64,000 nt of DNA from an uncultured bacterium (GCA_964498725.1 CAZCHS010000002.1:513-64512); one strand, 5' to 3'; counted from the first letter of the stretch, positions 37,281 through 48,480 are shown. Notes: generated by a model not told the origin, from the letters alone. Translations and numbers: made by a program.

Positions 37281-38388
37281 ATGGAACTGGATATTCAACA
37301 GACGATTGAGACGTTAAAGCCCCAGGTGGAAGATTTGCGGAGGTTTCTTTGACGTTGAAACAAAGAAAAAGGAACTGCAAGGTCTAAGGTCTTTAACAGC
37401 TGACGAAAATTTTTGGAATGATCCCTCTAAAGCGCAGAAGATCACCAGCAAGATCAGTAAATTCGAAGATACAATCAAAGAATATGATAGTGTCAAAAAA
37501 CAACTGGATGATGCGATTGAGTTTTATGAGTTGTCAGAAATGGAAGATGATGATGAACTTTTGCAGGAAGTGGAAAATATTCTCATTCCCTTGACCAAAA
37601 GAGTTGAAAAGCTCAATCTGAAAAGTATGCTGAATGGGGAAGATGATGACAAAAATGCTATTTTGACAATTCACCCCGGTGCCGGTGGCACGGAATCCCA
37701 GGACTGGGCTGACATGTTATTACGCATGTATTTGCGATATGTTGAGCAGGCCGGTATGAAAGCCAAAGTTATTGATTTGTTGAAAGGCGATGAGGCCGGT
37801 ATCAAAGATGTTACCGTCGAGATAAAAGGGGATTATGCCTATGGCTACCTGAAAGCCGAAGCTGGAATTCACCGGTTGGTACGAATATCTCCTTTTGATT
37901 CCAATGCAAGACGGCATACTTCCTTTGCATCGGTTTTTATTTATCCCGAGGTGGATGATACAATTGAGGTTGAGATCAATTCCCAGGACCTGCGCATTGA
38001 TACATACCGGGCCAGTGGCGCCGGTGGCCAGCATGTGAATAAAACCGATTCTGCCATCAGAATTACACATCTCCCCACCAATATTGTTGTACAGTGTCAG
38101 AATGAAAGATCCCAGCATAAGAATAAAGAAAGCGCCATGAAATTGCTGAAAGCGCGTCTCTACCAACATCACAAGGAAGAACAGGAAAAAGAAAAGAACA
38201 AGGTGGAAGAGACTAAAACCGACATTGGCTGGGGACATCAGATCCGTTCCTATGTGTTTCAGCCCTACACAATGGTAAAAGACCACAGGACTAATCTCAG
38301 TACCGGAAATATTCAGGCTGTCATGGATGGAAATATCGATGACTTTATTGATGCATATTTAATCATGCAAGCAAAAAGGAGAAAATAA
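37281..38388 (+). CDS. prfB: Peptide chain release factor 2, expressed through a programmed +1 frameshift at 37350
   Basis: Frame 0: ATG 37281 ... CGG AGG TTT CTT TGA (stop 37350-37352). The +1 frame continues GAC GTT GAA... in frame with the track ORF 37531..38388, which carries 'SPF' and 'GGQ' ('RASGAGGQHVNKTDSAIRITH'). Confidence 0.9.
37339..37353 (+). promoter_or_regulatory. RF2 autoregulatory frameshift site (internal SD-like GGAGG + CTT TGA C)
   Basis: GGAGG at 37339-37343, a 3-nt spacer, then the slippery CTT followed by in-frame TGA and a C. This is the canonical prfB recoding signal. Confidence 0.85.
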
Positions 38389-38389
38389 A

Positions 38390-39886
38390 TTGAGTAATAC
38401 CGAATCGATGGGTAAATCTTTAACCGAAATTATTAACGTCAGAAAAGACAAAATTGAAAAACTCAGAGAAATGGGTGTCAATCCTTTTCCCTATGAATAT
38501 AACAGAACTCATTTTACACAGCAAATCCTTGATAATTACGAAGAGATAAAGGAAAAGACGATTGTGCGTGTGGCCGGACGTTTGACTGCCATCAGGCAGA
38601 TGGGGAAGGCCAATTTTTGTGACCTTCAGGATTCACAGGGAAAAATCCAGGTCTTTTTTCAGCAGAAAAAACTGGGTGAAGACCAATACCAGGTTTTCAA
38701 ACTTTTGGATCTGGGAGATATTATTGGCGTGGCCGGTATTGTCACTGAAACCCGCACCGGTCAGATCACTGTTTTTGTTGAGGAATTGACAATTCTGTCA
38801 AAAAGTATTCGTCCGCTCCCTGTGGTTAAAGAAAAAGAGGGTAAAGTCTATGATGCTTTTTCCGATAAAGAACAGCGCTATCGTCAGCGTTATCTCGATC
38901 TGATCGTCAATCCCGATTCCCGCAAGGTTTTTGAAACCAGAAGTAAGATCATGACCTGGGTGCGAAATTTCCTGATCGACAATGGCTATCTGGAAGTGGA
39001 AACACCAATCCTGCAAACCCTTTACGGCGGCGCTTCGGCCCGGCCCTTCAGAACCCATTATAATGCTCTGAACAGGGAATTTTTTCTGAGAGTTTCCGAT
39101 GAACTCTATTTGAAAAGATGTATTATCGGTGGTTTTGACAAGGTGTTTGAAATGTCTAAGAACTTTCGCAATGAAGGTATTGACAGAAACCATAATCCGG
39201 AATTTACATTGCTGGAATTTTATGAAACCTTTGTGGACTACAATTATATGATGGATTTCGTTGAAAAAATGTTCAAGCATATCTGTGAGCAATTGGGTGA
39301 ATATGAGTTTACTTACGAAGGCGAAACCATTGATTTTAAAAAGACCTTTGCCCGTAAAACCATGTTTGATCTGCTGGAAGAATATGTTGGCATTGATCTG
39401 AGTGAAGCCGATGAGGCGGAAATGAAAAAGGTCTGCGAATCCAAAGGCATTAAGACCGGTGACAAAGATCACTATGGCAATTATATCGAATATCTTTTTG
39501 ATCAATTTGTGGAACCAAAATTAATTCAGCCAACTTTTGTGATTGATTTTCCCAAAGCTATTTCACCGTTAGCAAAATTAAAACGGGACGGGTCCGACCG
39601 AATTGTGGAACGATTTGAATTGTTTATCGGTGCCAAGGAATTTTCCAATGCCTTTAGCGAGCTGAATGATCCGATAGATCAGGAAGAACGTTTGCGGAAC
39701 CAGGAACGATTGGGGCTGGAAGGTGATGAAGAGGCGCAAACTTATGATAAGGATTTTATTCAGGCCATGGAATACGGCATGCCGCCAACCGGTGGTGTGG
39801 GTATTGGAATTGATCGCCTGACCATGTTATTTACAAATCAGAAAACAATTCGTGATGTACTGCTGTTCCCGCAAATGAAAACATAA
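38390..39886 (+). CDS. lysS: Lysine--tRNA ligase (class II)
   Basis: 'FRNEGIDRNHNPEFTLLEFY' motif 2 region, OB-fold N-terminus. Conserved prfB-lysS pairing. TTG start 1 nt after the prfB stop. Confidence 0.95.
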   Translation: MSNTESMGKSLTEIINVRKDKIEKLREMGVNPFPYEYNRTHFTQQILDNYEEIKEKTIVRVAGRLTAIRQMGKANFCDLQDSQGKIQVFFQQKKLGEDQYQVFKLLDLGDIIGVAGIVTETRTGQITVFVEELTILSKSIRPLPVVKEKEGKVYDAFSDKEQRYRQRYLDLIVNPDSRKVFETRSKIMTWVRNFLIDNGYLEVETPILQTLYGGASARPFRTHYNALNREFFLRVSDELYLKRCIIGGFDKVFEMSKNFRNEGIDRNHNPEFTLLEFYETFVDYNYMMDFVEKMFKHICEQLGEYEFTYEGETIDFKKTFARKTMFDLLEEYVGIDLSEADEAEMKKVCESKGIKTGDKDHYGNYIEYLFDQFVEPKLIQPTFVIDFPKAISPLAKLKRDGSDRIVERFELFIGAKEFSNAFSELNDPIDQEERLRNQERLGLEGDEEAQTYDKDFIQAMEYGMPPTGGVGIGIDRLTMLFTNQKTIRDVLLFPQMKT

Positions 39887-39900
39887 TTTAGATAAAAGCA

Positions 39901-41121
39901 ATGAATATATCCTATTATATTGCAAAGCGACATTTACTTGGTCATCACAAAATCGGATTTATTAGTTTTATCAGTATTTTTTCTGTGATCGGACTCAGCG
40001 TAGGTGTCGCTGCTTTAATATTAACCATTTCCATACTTAACGGCTTCGAAAAGGAACTCAAGTCCAAATTAGTGGATTTTGATGCCCACATTCGTCTCAA
40101 CCTGATGGTCTCGGCCTCACAGGATTCCGCCCGGAAAGTGGAGGAGCAATTAGAGTCATACCCGGAAATAACCCAGATCGTTCCCTATATTCAGCGCCAT
40201 GTTATCATTCGTAATAAAAACCTCACTGATGGGGTCATTGTTGAAGGGATTGACCCTGAACAAATTGGTCATACCATCAATATTGAACGCTTCATTTCCA
40301 AAGGGCAGGCTAATTTTAAGACGGACAATGGTAATCCCGGCCTCCTGATGGGTGAAAAACTTGCCAATAAACTGGAATTGGCGATTGGCGATAAAGTTTA
40401 TCTCTTCGTTATTCACGGTGCCAAGGGAGTTGGGCGCCGGCCAAAAATTGGTGTTTTTGTGGTTACCGGTTTGTATGATTCCGGGATTTCCGATTACGAT
40501 GATATTTTTGTTTATACCAGTTTGCAGGCCACAAAGGATTTGTTTCAAATTGGTGATGAAATTTCCGGCTATCAAATTATGTTAAGCGATCCGGATAAAG
40601 CTGATCAAATCGCAGCGGATATTGATGAAAGCCTGGGATTTCCCTATAATGCCAGAAGTATGAATGATATGCACGCTAATCTGTTCGAATGGTTGAGAGT
40701 CCAGCGATTGCCGGTTATTTTGATCTTCGGCCTGATCAGTTTGGTCGCAATTTTCAATATTGTTAGTTCCTTGATGATGATTGTAATCGAAAAAACAAAA
40801 GATATTGGTATTTTGAAAAGTTATGGCGTGAACAACAACCAGATATTGAAAATATTTGTGATTGAATCAATGCTGATTGGTCTTACAGGCATTGGATGCG
40901 GGTATTTATTAGCCCTTGGAATTACTTGGTTACAGCAGAAATTCGGAATTATCTCGATTCCTGAAGATGTCTATTTTATGCAAAATTTACCGATCCTTCT
41001 CAATATCTGGAATTTTATTTATATAGGCGCAGGTGCCTTGTTTTTTTGTCTGATGGCAACAATTTATCCGGCTTACAAAGCGACAAGACTGGAACCGGTA
41101 GAGGCAATTCGCTATGAATAA
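39901..41121 (+). CDS. Lipoprotein-releasing system permease (LolC/LolE family, FtsX-like)
   Basis: MacB-FtsX topology: TM1, a large periplasmic domain, then three C-terminal TMs. C-terminal 'YPAYKATRLEPVEAIRYE'. Confidence 0.85.
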   Translation: MNISYYIAKRHLLGHHKIGFISFISIFSVIGLSVGVAALILTISILNGFEKELKSKLVDFDAHIRLNLMVSASQDSARKVEEQLESYPEITQIVPYIQRHVIIRNKNLTDGVIVEGIDPEQIGHTINIERFISKGQANFKTDNGNPGLLMGEKLANKLELAIGDKVYLFVIHGAKGVGRRPKIGVFVVTGLYDSGISDYDDIFVYTSLQATKDLFQIGDEISGYQIMLSDPDKADQIAADIDESLGFPYNARSMNDMHANLFEWLRVQRLPVILIFGLISLVAIFNIVSSLMMIVIEKTKDIGILKSYGVNNNQILKIFVIESMLIGLTGIGCGYLLALGITWLQQKFGIISIPEDVYFMQNLPILLNIWNFIYIGAGALFFCLMATIYPAYKATRLEPVEAIRYE

Positions 41122-42334
41122 TAAATTTATCAACATGGTTGCTTTCAGATATTTTTTCTCTAAGAAACAAACCGGATTGATCTCCTTCACTTCCTGGGTC
41201 TCTATTGTGGGTGTTGCAATTGGAATTTTTGCCATGATTCTGGCGGTGGCAGTATTAAATGGCTTTGAAAAAGAGATCAGCCGTCGACTGATTGATTTTG
41301 AATCTCATGTAAAAATTATGGGAAATCAGCTCAACCCGGATGATGTAAAAGCCATTCAAAGGAAATTTCGTGACGAAAAAAAATTAACTGTTCATCCGGC
41401 TGTGACAAGCAAATCGATTCTAACCAATGATCACAAGGATGCTGTCGTCAAAATTAAAGCTGTCGATTCCGTTGCCAGGGAAGAGATGTTCGGAGAATCG
41501 CTTTTTGTCCGTGGTGGGAATTACCTGAATTCCGCTGTCAGCGAATTACCGGGTATTATTATGGGATACCGGCTGGTGGACAAGATGGGGCTTTATATTG
41601 GTGACACAGTGAATGTGGTCAATCCGCTGAAAATCGGTAGTACTTTCAACATTCCTTATGTCGGTCAATTTGTCCTCACCGGTGTATTTCGCCTGGATTT
41701 GTTTGATTATGATGATAATGTGGCATTTATTGACCTCTCACAAGGGCAGCGAATATTTCGCAAAGGGAACAATTACACGGAAATCAATGTTAAATTTAAG
41801 GACTATAAACGAGCCGGAAAAATGATATCCGCATTAAAAACAATAAATTTCCGTGAAGCTGATATAAAAAGTTGGGAAGAACTGCACCAGACATTATTTG
41901 GTGCTATGAAACTGGAAAAGTATGGAACGTTTATTGCCCTTAGTTTAATTATATTTGTTGCTGTTTTTAATTTGACCAGTTCCTTAGTCATGCTGGTCAT
42001 GGAGAAGATAAGAGAGATTGGAATGCTGCAAGCCTTAGGTGTAAATAATACCCAGTTAAGAAAGATTTTTACCCGTTTGGGAATGATTACCGGTTTAATC
42101 GGTATGTTTGCCGGTTTATTATTGTCAATGACAATAATAATTTTACAGGCGAAATACAACTTCATTCCTTTACCGCCAGTCTATTTTATTCCCTATCTAC
42201 CGGTCAAACTTTATTTTCTCGATTTGTTTTTAATTATCACTACCGGCATAATATTGATCTTTCTGGGAACTATTTACCCGGCATACAAAATCAGTCAACT
42301 TTTGCCATTGGAAGCGATCAGATATGAAAAATAA
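41114..42334 (+). CDS. Second LolC/LolE-family permease
   Basis: Same architecture and same length (406 aa) as the upstream paralog. C-terminal 'YPAYKISQLLPLEAIRYE'. Overlaps the upstream gene by 8 nt. Confidence 0.85.
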   Translation: MNNKFINMVAFRYFFSKKQTGLISFTSWVSIVGVAIGIFAMILAVAVLNGFEKEISRRLIDFESHVKIMGNQLNPDDVKAIQRKFRDEKKLTVHPAVTSKSILTNDHKDAVVKIKAVDSVAREEMFGESLFVRGGNYLNSAVSELPGIIMGYRLVDKMGLYIGDTVNVVNPLKIGSTFNIPYVGQFVLTGVFRLDLFDYDDNVAFIDLSQGQRIFRKGNNYTEINVKFKDYKRAGKMISALKTINFREADIKSWEELHQTLFGAMKLEKYGTFIALSLIIFVAVFNLTSSLVMLVMEKIREIGMLQALGVNNTQLRKIFTRLGMITGLIGMFAGLLLSMTIIILQAKYNFIPLPPVYFIPYLPVKLYFLDLFLIITTGIILIFLGTIYPAYKISQLLPLEAIRYEK

Positions 42335-43016
42335 CACCAGTGTACTGGAAGTAAAAAATTTAAAAAAACAATATTTCAGCAAAGAAAACAATATTACTGT
42401 GTTTGAAAATATCAGTTTTAATTTAAACCGGGGTGATTTTGTGGCTTTAATGGGGCCATCGGGAATCGGTAAATCCACACTTCTCAACATTTTGGGAACA
42501 CTGGATAAACCGGATGCCGGAGAAGTATTTTACAATGGTATTGACCCCTTTGGTCTGTCAAATGTGGAAAAGGCACGCTTCAGAAATGAAGCCATTGGCT
42601 TTGTATTCCAGTTTCATCACCTGTTACCGGAATTCACTGCACTGGAAAATGTCCTATTACCCAGCATGGTCTATAAGAATAAATCCGATGACACCGAAGA
42701 CCGGGCCAGAGAAATTTTAGAAAAAGTCGGCATGGCTCATCGTATGACCCATAAACCGTCGGAAATGTCAGGTGGAGAAAGGCAGCGTATTGCCGTTGCC
42801 AGAGCCCTGATCAATAATCCAAAAGTAATCCTGGCTGATGAACCTTCCGGGAATCTTGATTTGAAAAACAGTAAAAATCTTGTAGATTTACTATTGAAAT
42901 TGAATGAGGATTTTGGGAATACTTTTATTATTGCAACCCATAATCCTGAAATCGCTCAAAGAACTGAAAAAGTTTTACACATGGAAGATAAACACTTGTC
43001 AATTGAAATAAACTAA
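42324..43016 (+). CDS. lolD: Lipoprotein-releasing system ATP-binding protein
   Basis: Walker A 'GPSGIGKST', signature 'SGGERQRIAVARAL', Walker B 'ILADEPSGNLD'. Overlaps the permease gene by 11 nt. Confidence 0.88.
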   Translation: MKNNTSVLEVKNLKKQYFSKENNITVFENISFNLNRGDFVALMGPSGIGKSTLLNILGTLDKPDAGEVFYNGIDPFGLSNVEKARFRNEAIGFVFQFHHLLPEFTALENVLLPSMVYKNKSDDTEDRAREILEKVGMAHRMTHKPSEMSGGERQRIAVARALINNPKVILADEPSGNLDLKNSKNLVDLLLKLNEDFGNTFIIATHNPEIAQRTEKVLHMEDKHLSIEIN

Positions 43017-43037
43017 AAAATAGAGATATAATTACTT

Positions 43038-45512
43038 ATGAAAAAAAATTATTCAAAACGAATACAGGAAATTATTTTAGCGGCCCGGGAAGAGGCGTCG
43101 CGACTGGAAAACAATACTGTTGGGTCTGAGCATGTATTGCTGGCTATTTTGAACTCAACTGATTCTACCGCGATTCAGAGTTTGAATTCCTTTGAATTTG
43201 AACTCAAGGATATGATCATGGCGTTGGAAGAATATGCCGATACTGCCCGGGGCGGGCGGATTATCGGATCACTTCCCTTGAACAAAGGCGTGGAAAAAGT
43301 ACTACGCAACACCTATCGTGAAGCGCAGTTGCTGCACTCTGATATTATTCGGGATGAACATATTGTACTTTCCATTCTACAAACCAATGAAGGGATTGCG
43401 GCGCAAACTTTAGCAGAATTTGGAATTAACTACCAAAATTTTCGCGACGCGGTGAAAAAGGATTTAGGGGAGGTTCATGAAGAATCGAAACAACCTAAAA
43501 ACAAGAAAAGTAAAACTCCTGCCCTGGACCACTTTTCTCAGGATTTGACTGAACTGGCCAGAAAAGAGCAACTGGATCCGGTGATTGGCCGTGAAAAAGA
43601 GATTGAACGAATGGTACAGATTCTTTCCCGTCGCAAAAAAAATAATCCGGTGCTGATCGGTGAACCGGGTGTCGGAAAAACCGCCATCGTTGAAGGTCTG
43701 GCACTGAGAATTGTCAGCAAAAAAGTACCACGTCTACTGCATAATAAGCGGTTAGTTGCTCTGGATTTGGCTGCCATAGTCGCCGGCACCAAATATCGTG
43801 GACAGTTTGAAGAGCGTATGAAAAAGATCATGAATGAACTTCAGCAAATCGAAGATACCATCTTATTTATCGATGAAATTCACACCATTGTCGGTGCCGG
43901 TGGTGCCGGAACTTCGCTGGATGCCTCAAATATTTTTAAGCCGGCCCTGGCGCGTGGCAATATACAATGTATCGGTGCGACAACTCTAGATGAATACCGG
44001 AAAAATATTGAAAAAGACGGCGCACTGGACAGAAGGTTTCAGGAAGTGCGGGTCAAACAGACGTCATTCCAGGAAACCCTGGACATCTTAAAAGGATTAA
44101 GAAAAAGATATGAAGATCATCACGGCGTAAAATATTCTGATGAAGCCCTTTATACCGCCGTTGAATTAAGTCATAAATACATTACCAATAATTATTTACC
44201 TGATAAAGCAATTGATGTTATGGACGAAGCCGGTTCCAAGGTACACATCAAAGAAGTTATTGTACCGGAAGAAGTCATGCACATTGAAGAAGAATTAAAT
44301 GATATTGTCGATCAGAAAGAAGCAGTTGTCAGGGATCAGAATTTTGAAAAAGCGGCTTTATTACGGGATGAAGAAAAACAACTCACTGAAAAACTGGAAC
44401 TCGCCAAAAATAAATGGAATATCACCAGCCAAAACAATCCGGTGCAGGTATCATCTGAAGATATGGCAGACATTGTGACTATGATGACAGGTATTCCTGT
44501 CAATAAAGTTATGGAAACGGAAAATGAAAAGCTGATCAAGATGGAGGAAAATCTCCGCCAGGAAATAGTCGGACAAAATGAGGCAATAAAGATCCTGGCC
44601 AAAGCAATTCGTCGGTCTCGCGCCGGTTTGAAAGATCCGTCAAGGCCAATCGGTACCTTTTTGTTTCTGGGACCTACCGGTGTTGGCAAGACTGAATTGG
44701 CCAAAGTATTATCCCGTTATCTTTTTACCCGGGAAGATGCACTGATAAAAATTGATATGTCTGAGTACATGGAAAAGTTTGCTGTCTCCAAAATGGTTGG
44801 CGCTCCCCCGGGATATGTCGGTTATGAGGACGCCGGTGAATTAACTGAACGGGTCCGGAAAAATCCCTATTCTGTGGTGCTTTTTGACGAAATTGAAAAA
44901 GCTCATCCTGATGTATTTAATGTGCTATTACAGATTTTTGACGAAGGTAATATAACAGATAATTACGGACGTAAAATCGACTTCAAAAATACAATTATTA
45001 TTCTGACATCCAATATTGGCACCAAAAAATTAGAATCCACTAATATGGGATTTGAAAGTGATGCCGACAGCAATTCCAGGAAGAAAAAACAGAATATGAT
45101 TCTGAAAGAAACCCGCCGTTTATTCAAACCTGAATTTATCAATCGATTAGATGAATTAATTGTATTTAATTCACTGGATAAAGAAGCCCTGATGCAGATT
45201 ATTGAACTTCAACTGGCTCTTGTCCAGAAAAATGTTGAATCGAAAAATATAAACCTGGTATTTTCAACCGAGGCTAAAGAACTGATTTTGGAAAAGGGAT
45301 ATAATAAGCAATACGGCGCCCGCTCAATCAGACGTGCAATCCGCAGCCTGGTAGAAGACGGATTGGCAGAAGCTATTCTGCAAAATGAAGTGGAAGATTC
45401 CAAAGCAATTCTTGCTGATAAAAAAGATAAAGAGCTAATATTTAAAAATATTTCCGAAGAAAAATTACCATCCTACCTCGATTTCCAGGACACCATTGAA
45501 ATTCAAAACTAA
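43038..45512 (+). CDS. clpC: Clp/Hsp100 ATPase, ClpC-type (Clp_N repeats, two AAA+ modules, UVR-like linker)
   Basis: '[15 protein letters not shown]', '[12 protein letters not shown]', linker '[14 protein letters not shown]', and an MGF tripeptide in the position of the ClpP-docking loop. Confidence 0.9.
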   Translation: MKKNYSKRIQEIILAAREEASRLENNTVGSEHVLLAILNSTDSTAIQSLNSFEFELKDMIMALEEYADTARGGRIIGSLPLNKGVEKVLRNTYREAQLLHSDIIRDEHIVLSILQTNEGIAAQTLAEFGINYQNFRDAVKKDLGEVHEESKQPKNKKSKTPALDHFSQDLTELARKEQLDPVIGREKEIERMVQILSRRKKNNPVLIGEPGVGKTAIVEGLALRIVSKKVPRLLHNKRLVALDLAAIVAGTKYRGQFEERMKKIMNELQQIEDTILFIDEIHTIVGAGGAGTSLDASNIFKPALARGNIQCIGATTLDEYRKNIEKDGALDRRFQEVRVKQTSFQETLDILKGLRKRYEDHHGVKYSDEALYTAVELSHKYITNNYLPDKAIDVMDEAGSKVHIKEVIVPEEVMHIEEELNDIVDQKEAVVRDQNFEKAALLRDEEKQLTEKLELAKNKWNITSQNNPVQVSSEDMADIVTMMTGIPVNKVMETENEKLIKMEENLRQEIVGQNEAIKILAKAIRRSRAGLKDPSRPIGTFLFLGPTGVGKTELAKVLSRYLFTREDALIKIDMSEYMEKFAVSKMVGAPPGYVGYEDAGELTERVRKNPYSVVLFDEIEKAHPDVFNVLLQIFDEGNITDNYGRKIDFKNTIIILTSNIGTKKLESTNMGFESDADSNSRKKKQNMILKETRRLFKPEFINRLDELIVFNSLDKEALMQIIELQLALVQKNVESKNINLVFSTEAKELILEKGYNKQYGARSIRRAIRSLVEDGLAEAILQNEVEDSKAILADKKDKELIFKNISEEKLPSYLDFQDTIEIQN

Positions 45513-45527
45513 TTAGCATCAAATATA

Positions 45528-45562
45528 ATAACGTCATACTTTTAAGTGAAGTATGACGTTAT
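45528..45562 (+). repeat. Perfect 14-bp inverted repeat (hairpin) between clpC and dnaK
   Basis: ATAACGTCATACTT / 7-nt loop / AAGTATGACGTTAT, starting 16 nt after the clpC stop. No downstream U tract. Confidence 0.7.
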
Positions 45563-45644
45563 GTCTTGCTTGACCCTTGGCACACCATTTGAAAATTTTG
45601 TGTGAAATTTTTTGAAAACGAAAATCCAAAATAAAGGAGTGTTT

Positions 45645-47585
45645 ATGGGAAAAATTATTGGTATAGACCTCGGAACAACAAATTCATGTGTTGCTGTTAT
45701 CGATGGTGGTGAAGCCCGCGTTTTAGAAAACGCAGAAGGTAAAAAAACCACGCCGTCGGTAGTGGTATTTAAAAAAGATGGTGAACGAGTTGTTGGCGAT
45801 ACCGCAAAACGACAAATCGTGACCAATCATGATAGAGCCGTCTACTCTATTAAAAGATTTATGGGAAGAAGGTATGATGAAATCACAACCGAAAGAGAAG
45901 AAGTCCCATACGTAGTGAAAAAAGGCAGTAAAGGCGATGCCCGTGTTGTAATCGGCGATAAAGAATATACGCCACCTGAAATATCAGCCATGATATTGCA
46001 GAAAATGCGGCAAACTGCCGAAGAAAAAATCGGTGAAAAAATTAATGAAGCCGTTGTCACTGTGCCGGCATATTTTAATGATGCTCAGCGACAAGCGACC
46101 AAAGATGCCGGAAAAATTGCCGGTCTGGATGTTAAGCGAATTATCAATGAACCCACAGCCGCGGCCCTGGCCTACGGAATGGATAAAAAAGGTGATGGTA
46201 AGATCGCTGTATTTGACTTAGGTGGCGGTACTTTTGATATTTCAATCCTGGAAATCGGTGAAGGTGTCTTTGAAGTAAAATCAACCAGTGGAGATACACA
46301 CTTGGGTGGTGATGATTTTGACAAAGTAGTCATGGATTGGCTGGCTGATGAATTCAAGAAAAAAGAAGGCATTGACCTGAAAAAAGATAAGATGGCTGTT
46401 CAGAGATTAAAAGAAGCAGCTGAAAAAGCAAAGATTGAGCTTTCTTCCAATATGGAAACTGAAGTCAACCTGCCTTATATCACAGCAGGGGCGGCCGGCC
46501 CATTACACATGCTGGAAAAACTCACAAGGGCTAAATTTGAATCGCTGACATCCCACCTAGTGGAAAAAACCAGAAAACCTTGCCAGGACGCATTGAAGGA
46601 TGCAAATTTGTCAGCATCCGACATTGATGAAGTAATTTTAGTCGGTGGTTCCACCAGAATACCGGCAGTTCAGTCCCTTGTTAAAGAAATATTCGGCAAG
46701 GAACCAAATAAACGTATGAATCCTGATGAAGTTGTGGCCACCGGTGCTGCGATTCAGGGTGGAGTACTTGGCGGTGAAGTTGATGACTTGTTGCTTCTTG
46801 ATGTGACACCATTATCCCTTGGTATTGAAACTCTTGGTGGAGTTTCCACGGTTTTGATTGAAAGAAACACAACAATTCCGGCCAAGAAAAGCGAAGTGTT
46901 TTCAACTGCTGCTGATAATCAGACCAGTGTTGAAATTCATGTTCTGCAGGGTGAAAGAAGTATGGCCAAGGATAATAAAAGTATTGGTAAATTTCACCTG
47001 GACGGCATTCCACCGGCACCAAGAGGCGTACCTCAGATTGAGGTAACCTTTGATATTGATGCCAATGGTATTTTGAATGTCTCAGCAAAAGACAAAGCGA
47101 CCGGAAAAGAACAGAGCGTACGTATCGAAACTTCCAGTGGTATTTCTGAAGAAGAAAAAGAAAGAATGGTCAATGAGGCCAAAGCCCATGAGGAAGAAGA
47201 TAAAAAACGCAAGGAAGAGATCAATACTCGAAACCAGGCTGATACGCTGGTTTATCAGACAGAGAAAAATATCAAAGAATATGGTGATAAACTTGATGAA
47301 AGTGCAAAAAGTAAATTGAATGATGCACTGGAAGAATTGAAAAAGGCCAAGGATAATTCAGATATTGAAGTTGTGAAGAACGCAATTGAAAATCTGAACA
47401 ATACATGGTCAGAACTCTCTCAGAATATGTATCAAAATGCTCAGCAGCAGGGTCAGCAGCAACCCGGACAGGGCGCAGCCGGCCAGCAGCAGCAACAGGG
47501 TCAACCGGAATCAGAATCCACCGGTCAGAAAGATGACGATGAAATAGAAGATGCTGATTTCGAAGTGGTTGACGACGAAAAATAA
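45645..47585 (+). CDS. dnaK: Molecular chaperone DnaK (Hsp70)
   Basis: '[17 protein letters not shown]', 'DLGGGTFD', Gln/Gly-rich C-terminal tail ending in an acidic EEVD-like stretch. The ATG follows AAAGGAG. The track start (45612, TTG) adds 11 unlikely residues. Confidence 0.97.
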   Translation: MGKIIGIDLGTTNSCVAVIDGGEARVLENAEGKKTTPSVVVFKKDGERVVGDTAKRQIVTNHDRAVYSIKRFMGRRYDEITTEREEVPYVVKKGSKGDARVVIGDKEYTPPEISAMILQKMRQTAEEKIGEKINEAVVTVPAYFNDAQRQATKDAGKIAGLDVKRIINEPTAAALAYGMDKKGDGKIAVFDLGGGTFDISILEIGEGVFEVKSTSGDTHLGGDDFDKVVMDWLADEFKKKEGIDLKKDKMAVQRLKEAAEKAKIELSSNMETEVNLPYITAGAAGPLHMLEKLTRAKFESLTSHLVEKTRKPCQDALKDANLSASDIDEVILVGGSTRIPAVQSLVKEIFGKEPNKRMNPDEVVATGAAIQGGVLGGEVDDLLLLDVTPLSLGIETLGGVSTVLIERNTTIPAKKSEVFSTAADNQTSVEIHVLQGERSMAKDNKSIGKFHLDGIPPAPRGVPQIEVTFDIDANGILNVSAKDKATGKEQSVRIETSSGISEEEKERMVNEAKAHEEEDKKRKEEINTRNQADTLVYQTEKNIKEYGDKLDESAKSKLNDALEELKKAKDNSDIEVVKNAIENLNNTWSELSQNMYQNAQQQGQQQPGQGAAGQQQQQGQPESESTGQKDDDEIEDADFEVVDDEK

Positions 47586-47610
47586 ATAGCACTCGATTCT
47601 ATTAAATTAA

Positions 47611-47639
47611 AAAAGGCTACTGATTCAGTAGCCTTTTTT
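47611..47639 (+). terminator. Rho-independent terminator after dnaK
   Basis: AAAAGGCTACTG / ATT / CAGTAGCC followed by T6. Confidence 0.8.
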
Positions 47640-47754
47640 AATTTTTGTCCCACACTCTTGTTTTTATTTTTTAAAAAAATAATTATATTCTCTTCTTGGA
47701 TAGAATGACAAATTTATCCAAAATTATTTTGTTTATATTATTATCAGAGGGGAT

Positions 47755-48480
47755 ATGCTAAAAGACAATGTAATCGTTATAACCGGGGCCAGTAAGGGGA
47801 TTGGCCGGGTGATGGCGGAAAGTTATTCAGAAAAAGGTGCCAAAATCGTATTGGCAGCCAGAAGTTATGACCTGATGATGAGTTTTTCAGATCAATTGAA
47901 AAGTGATCACCTGATAGTGAAAACAGATGTGAGAGATCAATCTTCTGTTCGCAAAATGATTGAAAAAACCATTGATAAGTTTGGCAGAATAGATACGGTT
48001 ATTAACAATGCCGGCATTATTGAACCCTATGATATTGAAAATACACAACTCAATATTTGGCAGGATATTATGGCAACAAATTTAACCGGGCCATTTATTG
48101 TCACCCAGGAAGCCATTAAATATATGAAACAAACCGGTGGTAAAATCATTTATATAGCCTCAACAGCGGGAATGGGCCCGCGACCCGGTCGATGTGCTTA
48201 TTCCGCCAGTAAAGCCGGATTGATCAATTTTGCCATGAGTATGGCTAAATCACTGCATCAGTTTAATATCAAGGTTTACAATATCTGCCCGTCCGGAACT
48301 GCCACTGATTTGCGGGATAAACTGGCATTAACAGAGGATCCAGGCAGTTTGATGCATCCCCGGGATGTTGCCGGTATTGTTGAATATTGTTTGACAGAAC
48401 AGGCCGATGTGATCGATGCTCAACCGATCATTGTCCGCTTAAGAGAGGATAATCCACTAAGAGTCAGTGATGAAGAATAA
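47755..48480 (+). CDS. Short-chain dehydrogenase/reductase (SDR)
   Basis: 'ITGASKGIG' cofactor motif, 'NNAG', catalytic 'YSASKAG'. Confidence 0.85.
   Translation: MLKDNVIVITGASKGIGRVMAESYSEKGAKIVLAARSYDLMMSFSDQLKSDHLIVKTDVRDQSSVRKMIEKTIDKFGRIDTVINNAGIIEPYDIENTQLNIWQDIMATNLTGPFIVTQEAIKYMKQTGGKIIYIASTAGMGPRPGRCAYSASKAGLINFAMSMAKSLHQFNIKVYNICPSGTATDLRDKLALTEDPGSLMHPRDVAGIVEYCLTEQADVIDAQPIIVRLREDNPLRVSDEE

Noticed and set aside
37720-39505. Long antisense ORFs (188 aa at 37720..38286 and 235 aa at 38798..39505), plus many similar minus- or plus-strand shadow ORFs across the window
   Set aside because: They lie opposite genes with unmistakable family motifs (prfB, lysS, ftsH, dnaK and others). 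They have odd composition and no RBS, which is typical of shadow ORFs.
45578-45592. Sigma54-like promoter TGGCAC-N5-TTGA upstream of dnaK
   Set aside because: The -24 half is perfect. At the -12 position the sequence is GA instead of the near-invariant GC. No enhancer-binding protein is nearby, so the evidence is insufficient.
45601-45660. Apparent 1-nt disagreement between my manual base indexing and the ORF-track frame around the dnaK start
   Set aside because: Translating both strands agrees with the track proteins, so I attribute the offset to my hand counting. I followed the track coordinates (ATG at 45645). It is not evidence of a frameshift.
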